Source: Sphyrna mokarran (Eukaryota). Taken from it: 64,000 nucleotides of DNA. The DNA lies in assembly GCA_024679065.1 (NCBI GenBank), contig JAGIQG010000040.1, positions 558,001-622,000 of the forward strand, read 5' to 3'. Made by a program: the position numbers and the translations under genes. Numbering within the stretch: the first letter of the stretch is position 1; each line of letters starts with the position of its first letter. The notes beneath the pieces were generated by a model. The model did no database searches. It was not told where the DNA came from and saw only the letters and a list, made by a program, of their open reading frames with translations. Shown piece after piece: positions 1-11,685 of the stretch.

Positions 1-3000
1 CGGGAATCGAACCCCGGGTCCCTGTGGAGGCAGCAGCCTAAAGCACTGTGCACTGAGCCGGGAATCGAACTCGGGTCCCTGTGAGACAGCAGTGCTATCC
101 CACTGTGCGCTGAGCCCGGAATCGAACCCGGGTCCCTGTGAGACAGCAGCACTAACCCACTGTGCGCTGAGCCGGGAATCGAAGCCGGGTCCCTGTGAGG
201 CAGCAGCGCTAAGCCACTGTGCGCTGAGCCGGAATCGAACCCAGGTCCCTGTGAGACAGCAGTGCTAACCCACTGTGTGCTGAGCCGGGAATCGAACTCA
301 GGTTCCTGTGAGGCAGCGGCGCTAACCCACTATGCGCCGAGCCGGGAATCGAACCCGGGTCCCTGTGAGGCAGCAGCGCTAAGCCACTGTGCGCTGAGCC
401 GGGAATCGAAACCCGGGCCCCTGTGAGGACAGGGCAACCCACTGTGCGCTGAGCCGGGAATCGAACCCGGGTCCCTGTGAGGCAGCAGCGTTAACCCACT
501 GTGCGCTGAGCCGGGAATCGAAGCCGGGTCCCTGTGAGGCAGCAGCGCTAAGCCACTGTGCGCTGAGCCGGGAATCGAACCCAGGTCCCTGTGAGACAGC
601 AGTCTAACCCACTGTGTGCTGAGCCGGGAATCGAACTCAGGTTCCTGTGAGGCAGCGGCGCTAACCCACTATGCGCCGAGCCGGGAATCGAACCCGGGTC
701 CCTGTGAGGCAGCAGCGCTAAGCCACTGTGCGCTGAGCCGGGAATCGAACCCGGGCCCCTGTGAGGCAGCGGCGCTATCCCACTGTGCGCTGAGCCGGGA
801 ATCGAACCGGGTCCCTGTGAGGCAGCGGCACTAACCCACTGTGTGCTGAGCCTGGAATCGAACTCGGGTTCCTGTATCAACCACTGTGCACCGAGCCGGG
901 AATCGAACCCGGGTCCCGTGAGACAGCGGCGCTAACCCACTGTGCGCTGAGCCGGGAATCAAACCCGGGTCCCTGTGAGACAGCGGCGCTAACCCACTGT
1001 GCTCTGAGCCGGGAATCGAACCCGGGCCCTGTGAGACAGCAGCGCTAACCCACTGTGCGCTGAGCCGGGAATCGCAAACCGGGTCCCTGTGAGACGCAGA
1101 ACTGTGCGCTGAGCCGGGAATCGAACTCGGGTCCCTGTGAGGCAGCGGCGCTAACCCACTGTGCGCTGAGCCCGGAATCGAAGCCGGGTCCCTGTGAGGC
1201 AGCAGCACTAAGCCACTGTGCACTGAGCCGGGAATCGAACTCGGGTCCCTGTGAGACAGCAGTGCTATCCCACTGTGCGCTGAGCCCGGAATCGAACCCG
1301 GGTCCCTGTGAGGCAGCAGCATTAACCCACTGTGCGCTGAGCCGGGAATCGAAGCCGGGTCCCTGTGAGGCAGCAGCGCTAAGCCACTGTGCGCTGAGCC
1401 GGATCGAACCCAGGTCCCTGTGAGACAGCGGCGCTAAACCACTGTGGCGAGCCGGGAACGAACCGGGTCCCGGAGGCAGCAGCGCTAACCCACTGTGCGC
1501 TGAGCGGGAATCACCAGGTCCTGTGAGACAGCGGCGCTAACCCACTGGCCACAACAACCCCACAAACACCCACTGTGCGCTGAGCGGGAATCGAAGCCGG
1601 GTCCCTGTGAACAGCAGCATTAACCCACTGTGCGCTGAAGCCGGAATCGAACCCGGTCCCTGTGAGACAGCAGCACTAACCCACTGTGCGCTGAGCCCGG
1701 AATCGAACCCGGGTCCCTGTGAGACAGCACTAACCCACTGTGCGCTGAGCCCGGAATCGAACCGGGTCCCTGTGAGACAGCAGCGCTCACCCACTGTGCG
1801 CTGAGCCGGGAATCGAACCCGGGTCCCTGTGAGACAGCAGCGCTAACCCACTGTGCGCTGAGCCGGGAATCGAAGCCGGGTCCCTGTGAGGCAGCAGCGC
1901 TAAGCCACTGTGCGCTGAGCCGGGAATCGAACCCAGGTCCCTGTGAGACAGCGGCGCTAACCCACTGTGCGCTGAGCCGGGAATCGAAGCCGGGTCCCTG
2001 TGAGACAGCAGCACTAACCCACTGTGCGCTGAGCCGGGAATCGAACCCGGGTCCCTGTGAGACAGCAGCGCTAACCCACTGTGCGCTGAGCCGGGAATCG
2101 AACCCGGGTCCCTGTGAGACAGCAGCGCTAACCCACTGTGCGCTGAGCCGGGAATCGAACCCGGGTCCCTGTGAGGCAGCAGCGCTAACCCACTGTGCGC
2201 TGAGCCGGGAATCGAACCCGGGTCCCTGTGAGACAGCAGCGCTAACCCACTGTGCGCTGAGCCGGGAATCGAACCCGGGTCCCTGTGAGACAGCAGCACT
2301 AACCCACTGTGCGCTGAGCCGGGAATCGAACCCGGGTCCCTGTGAGACAGCAGCGCTAACCCACTGTGCGCTGAGCCGGGAATCGAAGCCGGGTCCCTGT
2401 GAGACAGCAGCACTCCACTGTGGCGCCCTGACACACCTACCCATCACCACCCCCACGGCCCTGTGAGACAGCACCTACCCACTGTGCGCTGAGCCGGGAA
2501 TCGAACCCGGGTCCCTGTGAGACAGCAGCACTAACCCACTGTGCGCTGAGCCGGGAATCGAACCCGGGTCCCTGTGAGGCAGCAGCGCTAACCCACTGTG
2601 CGCTGAGCCGGGAATCGAACCCAGGTCCCTGTGAGACAGCAGCGCTAACCCACTGTGCGCTGAGCCGGGAATCGAAGCCGGGTCCCTGTGAGACAGCAGC
2701 ATTAACCCACTGTGCGCTGAGCCGGGAATCGAAGCCGGGTCCCTGTGAGACAGCGGCACTAACCCACTGTGCGCTGAGCCCGGAATCGAACCCGGGTCCC
2801 TGTGAGACAGCAGCGCTCACCCACTGTGCGCTGAGCCGGGAATCGAACCCGGGTCCCTGTGAGACAGCAGCGCTCACCCACTGTGCGCTGAGCCGGGAAT
2901 CGAACCCGGGTCCCTGTGAGACAGCAGCGCTAACCCACTGTGCGCTGAGCCGGGAATCGAACCCGGGTCCCTGTGAGACAGCAGCGCTAACCCACTGTGC

Positions 3001-3182
3001 GCTGAGCCGGGAATCAAACCCGGGTCCCTGTGAGGCAGCAGCGCTAATCCACTGTGCGCTGAGCCGGGAATCGAACCCGGGTCCCTGTGAGACAGCAGCG
3101 CTAACCCACTGTGCGCTGAGCCGGGAATCAAACCCGGGTCCCTGGCACCGTGAGGCAGCAGTGCTAACCCGCTGTGCCACCC
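1..3182 (-). repeat. Tandem array (~55 copies, 57-bp unit) derived from the tRNA-like head of a HE1/V-SINE
   Basis: Unit CCCACTGTGCGCTGAGCCGGGAATCGAACCCGGGTCCCTGTGAGACAGCAGCGCTAA. Its reverse complement carries an A-box-like GCGCACAGTGG and a B box GGTTCGATTCC. The right end (3120-3182) is a near-complete SINE head (minus strand GGTGGCACAGCGGGTTAGCACTGCTGCCTCACGGTGCCAGGGACCCGGGTTTGATTCCCGG). The 19-aa periodicity of the track ORFs matches 57 bp. The array runs off the left edge. Confidence 0.9.
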
Positions 3183-3509
3183 AAGCAGTCTGTGAAGATG
3201 TTTAGGTAATATTGAATTGTTGAGAAAAGATCAATAGTTGAACTTTGTCTACTCTCGCTCCGAGTTCTGATTTTCTTATCAGTGTGTGTGTGTCTGTCTG
3301 TGGTGTGTGTGGTGGGGGGGGGGTGGGGGGGGGGTTATGTGTGGGGGTAGAGGCAGATCCAATCGAGGAGTTTGAGGGGCTGCTGGAGGAAAGAATTTGA
3401 GAGGGTTTACTGGGAGCAGGAAACGAGGGAGTGAATGAGGTAAATCAATCCACCAGTTGGGCTAGCACTGACAAGGTGGGCTGAATAGCCTCTGAGTGGA
3501 CCATTCTCA

Positions 3510-4020
3510 GCCATGACTGTCACCAACTTTTACAGATGCCCCATAGAAAGCATTCTTTCTGGGTTTGTATCACAGCTCGGTCTGGGCTCCTGCTCTGCCC
3601 CAAGACCCACAAGGAACTACAAAAGCTTGGTGAATTTAGCCCAATCCATCACACAAACCCCAGCCTCCCATCCATTGACTCTGTCTACACTTCCCGCCGC
3701 CCTCGGGGAAAAGCAGCCGGTATAATTAAGGACTCCCCCCCACGCACCCCGGACATTCTCTCTTCCACCTTCTTCCAATGGGGAAAAAGGTACAAAACTC
3801 TGAGGTCCCGTACCGACCGACTCAAGAACAGCTTCTTCCCTGCTGCTGTCAGACTTTTGAATGGACCCACCTCGCATTAAGTTGATCTTCCTCTACACCC
3901 CTCGCTGTGACTGTAACACTACATCCTTTCCTTCTCTATGAATGGTATGCTTTGTCTGTATAGCACACACGAACAATACTTTTCACTGTATCCCAATATA
4001 TGTGACAATAATAAATCAAG
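3510..4020 (+). mobile_element. 3' fragment of a non-LTR retrotransposon (Rex1/Babar-like RT C-terminus plus 3' UTR)
   Basis: Frameshifted peptide TNFYRCPIESILSG...RTDRLKNSFFPAAVRLLNGP, ending in an AATAATAAATCAA tail. The same family recurs many times in the window. Confidence 0.75.
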
Positions 4021-4032
4021 TCATTGAACACA

Positions 4033-4815
4033 GGCAGCATGGTGGCACAGTGGGTTAGCACTGTGAGGTGGGCACCTGGGTTCGATTCCCAGCTCAGGTC
4101 ACTGTCTGTACGGAGTCTGCACATTCTACACATATCTGTGTAGGTTTCCCCCGGGTGCTCCAATTTCCTCTCACAGCCTGAAAGACATGCTGGTTAGTTG
4201 ATTGGCCGTGCTAAATTGTCCCTTAGTATCCAAAGATCTGTAGCTTAGGGTGGATTGGCCGTGCTAAATTGTCCCTTAGTGTCCAAAGCTGTGTAGCTCA
4301 GGGTGGATTGGCCGTGCTAAATTGTCCCTTAGTATCCAAAGATGTGTAGCTTACGGTGGATTGGACGTGCTAAATTGTCCCTTAGTGTCCAAAGATGTGT
4401 AGGTTAGAGTGGATTGGCCGTGCTAAATTGTCCCTTAGTGTCCAAAGATGTGCAGGTTAGGGTGGATTGGCCGTGCTAAATTGTCCCTTAGTGTCCAAAG
4501 ATGTGCAGGTTAGGGTGGATTGGCCGTGCTAAATTGTCCCTTAGTGTCCAAAGATGTGTAGGTTAGGGTGGATTGGCCGTGCTAAATTGTCCCTTAGTGT
4601 CCAAAGATGTGCAGGTTAGGGTGGATTGGCCATGCTAAATTGTCCCTTAGTATCCAAAGATGTGTAGGTTAGGTGGATTAGCATTGTTAAATCACCCTGT
4701 TCTGTCCCAGGATGTGTAGGTTAGCTGGGTTAGCAATGTAAAAATGTGGGGTTGTGGAGATAGGGCCTGTGGGATTGTGGTAGGTGTGAACTTGATGGGC
4801 CAAATGACCTTCTAT
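4033..4815 (+). mobile_element. HE1-like V-SINE with an internal 53-bp tandem expansion (~9 copies, ~4195-4690)
   Basis: GGTGGCACAGTGGGTTAGCACTG...GGTTCGATTCCC head and GTCTGTACGGAGTCTGCACATTCT core, followed by repeated GGTGGATTGGCCGTGCTAAATTGTCCCTTAGTGTCCAAAGATGTGYAGGTTAG. Confidence 0.8.
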
Positions 4816-5234
4816 TGTGAGAGGGCCCTGGAGGGGCGACTGTGAGGGGGGTTAACCAGGAGGAGATGAGGGAGGGGAATCAATCCTCTGGGGGGGGGGG
4901 TATCACTGACCAAGGCGGGCTCAATGGCCTCCCGATTATGCAGTGGCTGTTCTGACAGAACCCCACTCTTTACAAAGAGGCGCCCTCCCTCTTCCTGCTT
5001 CCAATGTCATATGCACCCTTCTGCCCACTCTCCCATGTGACCAGAGGAACTGCCTGCCCTGCGCATGCCCCACTCTCCTGCGCACCACATACAATGTGCC
5101 CATTGGGGTCACCCAGCTCCACTCAGCTTCTCAGCAAACTCACACCCACACACCTGGCATACCACCATTGCCATCCGAGGGTCTGTCTATGTGCTGCTCT
5201 CAATTCCATGTGAGGGGGGGGTAAATGCTGCAGA

Positions 5235-5808
5235 GGGGCGGGCTGGAGACAGAGGGGGCGGGCTGGAGACAAGGGGGGGCGGGGCTGGGAGACAAGGGGG
5301 CGGGGCTGGAGACAGAGGGGCGGGGCTGGAGACAGAGGGGGCGGGGCTGGAGACAGAGGGGGCGGGGCTGGAGACAGAGGGGGCGGGGCTGGAGACGAGG
5401 GGCCGGGGCTGGAGACAGAGGGGGCGGGCTGGAGACAGAGGGGGCGGGGCTGGGAACGGGGAGGGGGCTGGAGACAGAGGGGGCGGGGCTGGAGACGGGG
5501 GAGAGGGGCTGGAGACAGAGGGGGGCGGGCTGGAGAGAGGGGGCGGGGCTGGAGTCAGAGGGGGGCGGGGCTGGTGCAGAGGGGGGCGGGGCTGGAGACA
5601 GAGGGGGGCGGGGCTGGAGACAGAGGGGGCGGGGCTGGTGACAGAGGGGGGCGGGACTAGAACAGAGGGGGGCGGGGCTGGAGACAGAGGGAGGCGGGAC
5701 TAGAGACAGAGGGGGGCGGGGCTGGAGACAGAGGGGGCGGGGCTTGGTGACAAGAGGGGGGCGGGGCTGGAGACAGAGGGGGCGGGGCTGGAGACAGAGT
5801 GGGGCGGG
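5235..5808 (+). repeat. G-rich minisatellite, ~21-bp unit GGGGGCGGGGCTGGAGACAGA
   Basis: Directly visible. The overlapping Gly/Arg-rich ORFs are translations of this repeat. Confidence 0.95.
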
Positions 5809-6065
5809 TCTTACGCTCCTGTTCCCGGTTGCACCTGCGCTTTGTGGTTCGCCCTGCCTCGTGCCCATCCTCCCGGGCTCCCCCCTCTCGCCGCTCTGTT
5901 GCCCATTTGACGCAAGCGCACTACCTCCCCCTCACTGCCCTCCTTCCCGCTCGCCCCCTCCCGCTCCGCGCAGGCGCTCTCCGCTCTCCCCTCCCTCCCC
6001 GCGCAGGCGCTCTCCCCTCCCGCCCCGCGCCGGCGCTCTCCCCTCCCGCCCCGCGCAAAACTTCG
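5809..6065. promoter_or_regulatory. CpG-rich patch with GC boxes and NRF1-like GCGCAGGCGC motifs (possible CpG-island promoter)
   Basis: High CpG density with repeated CCGCGCAGGCGCTCTC and CCCTCCCGCCCC. No associated exon was identified. Confidence 0.3.
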
Positions 6066-6706
6066 GTGATATCTTTTAGTCCTTGGTGTTTTGGAAGGTC
6101 TTGTCCAATTAACCCCTTGGCGATAGTTGCTGCAGTGCCCTATGTAGATTGTCCACATGCAACTTGTTGTTTTGTACGGGTGGTTCCCCCTTTGGAGGGG
6201 ACTCAGCTCCCACTACTTCAGCCAGAGTCAGTGAGAATCCTTGTGTTTAATCCCTGGCTCTGGCAGCAGCCAAATCACAAGACTGGCTTCATTGTAATAA
6301 TTAGTGCTGCCACGGGATGGCAGTGTTAGACCATCAGACAGAGGGGAGTTGCAGGGGTGTTGGTGAATTTACAGAGAGGACACAGACAGGTTTGTGAGAG
6401 CCTGGGAAATTCTCAACATAATCGCTCACTGCCCCCCCCCTTAAACAGCAGAGAGGAAAAGGCAAGGATGGTTAAATACAGGAAACTCACTGGACTGTGG
6501 AAAGCAGTAAAAATTTTATAAATTAACTAACGGTTCGCATTTGCTCTCTCCTCAGCTGTCTCTAATTCTTCTGTCTCTCAATTTCCCTGTTTCTCTGTCA
6601 CTCTCTCTGTTGGTTTCTCCTCTGTGTCTGCTGGATTAGCTGCCAAGTTGTCCTGATGAGTGCAAAATGAGAAGCTTTAGCATGTCTCTTTGATCAGCGA
6701 TAGAAG

Positions 6707-6995
6707 ATGTGTGTGCGTCTGTGTGTTTGTCTGTGTACCTGCCTAAGTGTTAGTGTGTGGGTGTGTGTCTTGCATCTTTGTATCGATATGTGTGTGTCTT
6801 TTGTGTATTTGTTTGTATGTGTGCATACCTGTGTGTGTATATATGTATATCTGTGTGTGTGTGTGTGTGTGCGCATGCCTGTGGTGTGTGTCTATCTAAG
6901 TGTGTGTGTATCTGTGTGTGTGCATGCTTCTCTTTGTGTAAATTTGTCTTTGTGTGTGTGTGTGTCTATCTGTGTATCTCTCTCTCTCTCTGTGT
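6707..6995. repeat. Degenerate (TG)n/(TC)n microsatellite
   Basis: Visible TG dinucleotide run with interruptions. Confidence 0.9.
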
Positions 6996-7271
6996 TGCTG
7001 CAATATGTGCTGTTCTGTCAGGGGTGGGTTGATGAATTACACACAGTGCTGTCCTCTGGTTGATGGGCTCCACTACAAGCTGCAGGTTCTGTGGACGGTG
7101 CTGTAGGAGCGACTGTCCACCAGCAGAGAGCGGTGCCGTATCACTTCACACCGCACAGAGAAAGTAATTCATTCACACCCAGTGGACCCTGCCTCACCTC
7201 AACATCCCCCTCCCCTACGCTGCCCTTCCACTCCCCTGCACCTCCCTCCCTCCTTTCTCCTCCCTCCTTTT

Positions 7272-8400
7272 GAATGGACTTATCTCGCATTCAGCTGATC
7301 TTCCGCTCCAGTGAAAAGTGTTGTTTCTCACGCACTATACAGACAAAGCATACCATTCACAGAGAAGGAAATGAGAGAGTGCAGAACGTAGTGTAGAACA
7401 CAGAGAGTGCAGAGAGTGCAGAACACAGCTAGCGTGTAGAGAAGGATCAATTGAATGTGTACGTATGCATATAGCGATTTGATTTGATTTATTATTGTCA
7501 CATGTATTAACATAGTGAAAAGTATTGTTTCTCGCGCGCCAAACAGACAAAGCATACCATTCATAGAGTAGTAAATGAGAGAGAGTGCAGAATGTAGTGT
7601 TACAGTCACAGCGAGGGGTGTAGAGAAAGATCAACTTAATGCGAGGTGGGTCCATTCAAAAGTCTGACAGCAGCAGGGAAGAAGCTGTTCTTGAGTCGGT
7701 CGGTTCGGCACCTCAGACTTTTGTATCTTTTCCCCGACGGAAGAAGGTGGAAGAGAGAATGTCCGGGGTGCGTGGGGGGGAGGGTGTCCTTAATTATACC
7801 GGCTGCTTTTCCCCGAGGCAGCGGGAAGTGTAGACAGAGTCAATGGATGGGAGGCTGGGGTTTGTGTGATGGGATTGGGGGCTACATTCACCAGCCTTTT
7901 GTAGTTCCTTGCGGGTCTCGGGGCAGAGCAGGAGCCCAGACCGAGCTGTGATACAAACCCAGAAAGCATTCTTTCTGGTTGTATCTGTGGAGGTCAGGTC
8001 CTTGAGTGTCTTTATGACAGAGATAGTTAGGTTCTTGATTAATAAGGGGATCAGGAGTTATCGGAAAAAGGCAGGAGAATGGGGATTAGAAAAAAATCAG
8101 CCATGAATGAATGGGGGAGCAGACTCAATGGGCTGAATGACCTCATTCTGCTCCAAGTCTTATGGTCTTTTAATGGGGCATCTGTAAAAGTTGGTGAGAG
8201 TTGTAGCGGGACATGCCAAATTTCCTTAGTCCTCTGAGAAAGTAGAGGCGTTGGTGGGACTTTGTTAAGTATAGTTTTGGCGTGGTGGGGGGAGGGAACC
8301 AGGACAGGTTGTTGGTGATCTGGAAGCCTAAAAACTTGAAGTTCTCGATTCTTTCTACTTTGTCCCTGTTGATGTAGACAGGGGCATGTTCTCCAGAAGG
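7272..8400 (-). mobile_element. Rex1/Babar-like LINE fragment, with duplicated 3' end and a nested CR1-type 3' piece (~7990-8170)
   Basis: Reverse complement of the 3510-4020 family (GGGTCCATTCAAAAGTCTGACAGCAGCAGGGAAGAAGCTGTTC; TTTGATTTGATTTATTATTGTCAC tail). Confidence 0.7.
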
Positions 8401-8699
8401 ATAAATGCATGCCGTTACTGGGATAGGGTCTGGCTGGAATTTGTATCCATGCCTAAGAATGCAGTTGCTAATTGGTCACTCCCCAAGGCATTGCTAACCA
8501 GAAGGGGGCCATTTGCCCCATTGAGTCTGCACCGACTGCAATCCCACACATAACCCCGTGCATTTAACCTTGCTAGACCCCCTGACACACCAAGGGGCAA
8601 TTTAGCACGGCCAATCCACCGAACCTGCACAGTTGAAGAGTGTGGGAGAAAACTGAAGCAGATGGAGGAAACCCACGCAGACATGGTGGGGAAAATGGA

Positions 8700-9560
8700 A
8701 ACAGGCCCTTTGGCCCCACTTCTCCATGCTGCCCCTTTTTTAAACCCCCAAGCTAGTCCCAATTGCCCACATTTGCCCCATATCCCTCTGTACCCATCTT
8801 ACCCATATAACTGTCTAAACGCTTTTTAAAGACAAAATTGTACCCACCTCTACTACTACCTCTGACAGCTCATTTCAGACATTCAAAAAGATATTGACTA
8901 TCTCGCTGATCTGTGCCCCCTCATTATTTTATAGACCTCTATAAGATCACCCCTCAGCCTCCTACGCTCCAGAGAAAAAAAGTCCTAGTCTATCCAGCCT
9001 CTCCTTATAACTCAATCCATCAAGTCCCGGTAACATCCGAGTAAATCTTTTCCTGCTCTCTTTCTAGTTTAATAATATCCTTTCTATAATCGGGTGCCCA
9101 GAACTGTACACAGTATTTCCAAATGTGACCTTACCAATGTCTTGTACAACTTCAACAAGACCGTCCCCAACTCCTGGATTCAATGTTCTGACCAATGAAA
9201 CCAAGCATTGCCGAATGCCTTCTTCACCACTCTGTCCACCTGTGACTCCACTTTCCAGGAGTTATGAACCTGTACCCCAAGATCTCTCTGTTCTGTAACT
9301 CTCTCCCCCAATGCCCTACCATTAACTGAGTAAGTCCTACCCTGGTTCAAATCGACCAAAATGCATCACCTCGCATTTATCGAAATTAAACTCCATCTGC
9401 CGTTCGTCAGCCCACTGGCCCCAACTGATCAGGACCCCGTTGCAATCCGAGATAACCATCTTCACTGCCCGCTATGCCATCAATCTTGGTGTCATCCTCA
9501 AACTTCCTAACCGTGCCCCTGATATTCTCATCCAAATCATTAATATAAACCACCAAGTCC
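8700..9560 (-). mobile_element. CR1-clade LINE 3' fragment
   Basis: Minus-strand RT motif YINDLDENIRGTVRKFEDDTKI and a typical CR1 3' ORF2 region. Confidence 0.8.
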
Positions 9561-10024
9561 CAGTAGCATCCTAGTGAACCAAGTCCGGAATTGAACCGGC
9601 GTCCCTCGCACTGTGAGGCAGCAGTGCTAACCTCTGTGCCGCCCTGCCACACGTGTTGAATATATATACTGCATTGGTGTAAATGTGCTGTTGTAACTTG
9701 CAATCGAAAAAGCTCAACAAATCTGTGCAGAATTGTAATTTGTTATGTGTGAAATAAGATGTGAACATGCATGGTGAGAGCAAGGAGGAAAACAGCAGAG
9801 AGAGATCAGGCCAGATGAGAATGAGCTTTGATCTGTGTCGGAGTTTACTCTGGAAAGGAAAGGCTGAGTATGACTCGTGAACTAATGCCTCTTTACTGAG
9901 TACTGCTATGATTACTTCATAATTCCCCTTCAGCCGTTGCACATAAACTACTGCCTGCCACTCAAAAACCAAACAAAAGTTCATTTACACAACCTGAAAA
10001 CACAGTCACATTGTAACCACTGTC

Positions 10025-10775
10025 CATTAGATACAGGAGCAGAATGAGGCCACTCGGCCCATCGACTCTGCTCCCCCATTCAATCACGGCTGATATTTTT
10101 CTCACCTATTCTCCTGCCTTTTCCCCCGATCCCCTTATTAATCAGGAACCTATCTCTCTCTGTCTTAAAGACACTCAGTGACCCCGGCCTCCTCTGCGGC
10201 AAAGAGTTCCACACATTCCCCGCTGAAGAAATCCCTCCCCTCTGTTTTAAAGGATCGTCCCTTTAGCCTGAGGTTGTGCCCTCTCTGCTTCGAGTTTCTC
10301 CCGAAACATCCTCTCCCATGTCCACTCTATCCTCGCAGTATCCTGGAAGTTTCAATAAGATTCCCCCCCCCCTCCCTCATCCTTCTAAACTCCCAACGAG
10401 GACAGACCCAGAATCCTCAACCCGTTCCTCAAGCTCTTCATTCCCGGGGATCGTTCTTGCGATCCTCCCTCTGGAGCCTTTCCGAGGCCGGCACATCCTT
10501 CCTTAGATACGGGGACCCGAAACCGCTCCCAATACCTCAAACAGGGTCTGACCAGAGTCTTGTTCAGCTTCAGAAGTCCATCCCTGCTCTTGTATTCTAA
10601 CCCTCTCAAAATGAACGCTAACATTGTATTTGCCTTTCTAACTGAACGTGCATGTTAACCTTAAGAGAATCTTGAACAAAGATTCCCGAGTCCCTCTGTG
10701 TTTCTGATTTCCTAAACATTTCACCCATTTAGAAAATAGTCTCTGCCTCCATTCCTCCTTCCAAAGTGCGTACAC
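10025..10775 (-). mobile_element. CR1-clade LINE 3' fragment
   Basis: Minus-strand MLAFILRGLEYKSRD...LVRP.L.Y (CR1 ORF2 C-terminus) plus 3' UTR. Confidence 0.75.
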
Positions 10776-10931
10776 TTGTCAGGAAAATGAAGAATATTTT
10801 CTAATACTTTTGGTAATAACACTGTCGTATTTCTCACAGATTAGAAAATAGGCTAGAGAGCGTGTAATTGGTTTAATTAAGAGAGACTGCAAGGATTTAA
10901 ACACCAGTAAGAACCGGTGTTGATATGTTAT

Positions 10932-11685
10932 TGAACAGAGTGTACTGGGGGAAATTTCATTAGAATTTATATCAGGCAATAGAATAAATAATTTGGAACT
11001 GGGTTGTTTCGGTTCAAAGAGGCACATATCCAACTTGTAAAACTGTCAGCACACGAGGCAAAGATAGGGTAAGTTTCCTTTTTAAAATGCAGGAGCTTAA
11101 TTTTGATAAAATTAATTAATTAAATTTCAGGCCGTAACTTTGATTTGATTCATTATTATCTTGTATTAATGTACAGTGAAAAATATTGTCTCTTGTGTGC
11201 AGACAAAGAGGAGGAAAGGAGAGAGTGCAGAATGTAGTGTTACAGTAATGACTAGAGTGTAGAGAAAGATCAACTTACTGTAAGGTGGGTCCATTCAAAA
11301 GTCTGAGGGCAGCAGGGAAGAAGCTGTTCTCGGTACGTGAGCTCAGACTTTTGTATCTTTTTCCCGACGGAAGAAAGTGGAAGAGAGAATGTCCGAGGTG
11401 CTGGCTGCTTTTCCGAGGTAGCAGCAAGTGTAGACAGAGTCAGTGGATAGAGGCTCGTTCTTCGCAAAGAATTATAAAAGGTCGTGAATGTAGCCCAATC
11501 CATTAATTAATTAATTTTACCAAAATTAAGCTCCTGCATTTTAAAAAGGAAACTTACCCTATCTTTGCCTCGTGTGCTGACAGTTTTACAAGTTCCTCTT
11601 TGAACCGAAGCAATCCAGTTCCAAATTATTTATTCTATTGCCTGATATAAATTCTAATGAAATTTCCCCCAGTACACTCTGTTCA
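10932..11685. repeat. Inverted repeat with ~190-bp arms (10932-11123 and 11503-11685) around a LINE fragment
   Basis: TGAACAGAGTGTACTGGGGGAAATTTC...ATTAATTAATTAA is matched by its reverse complement TTAATTAATTAAT...GAAATTTCCCCCAGTACACTCTGTTCA, with few mismatches and one ~10-nt indel. Confidence 0.9.

Noticed and set aside
209-3180. Long periodic ORFs (up to 284 aa) and CRISPR-like regularity
   Set aside because: These are translations of a 57-bp (19-codon) tandem unit. There are no unique spacers or cas genes, and the context is eukaryotic.
1-3182. tRNA gene cluster
   Set aside because: Units have A/B boxes and a T-arm but no complete cloverleaf or acceptor stem; they match a SINE head.
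7116-7135. CTCF-like motif CCACCAGCAGAGAGCGG
   Set aside because: A mismatch in the G-rich core and a single occurrence; it cannot be supported without PWM or ChIP data.
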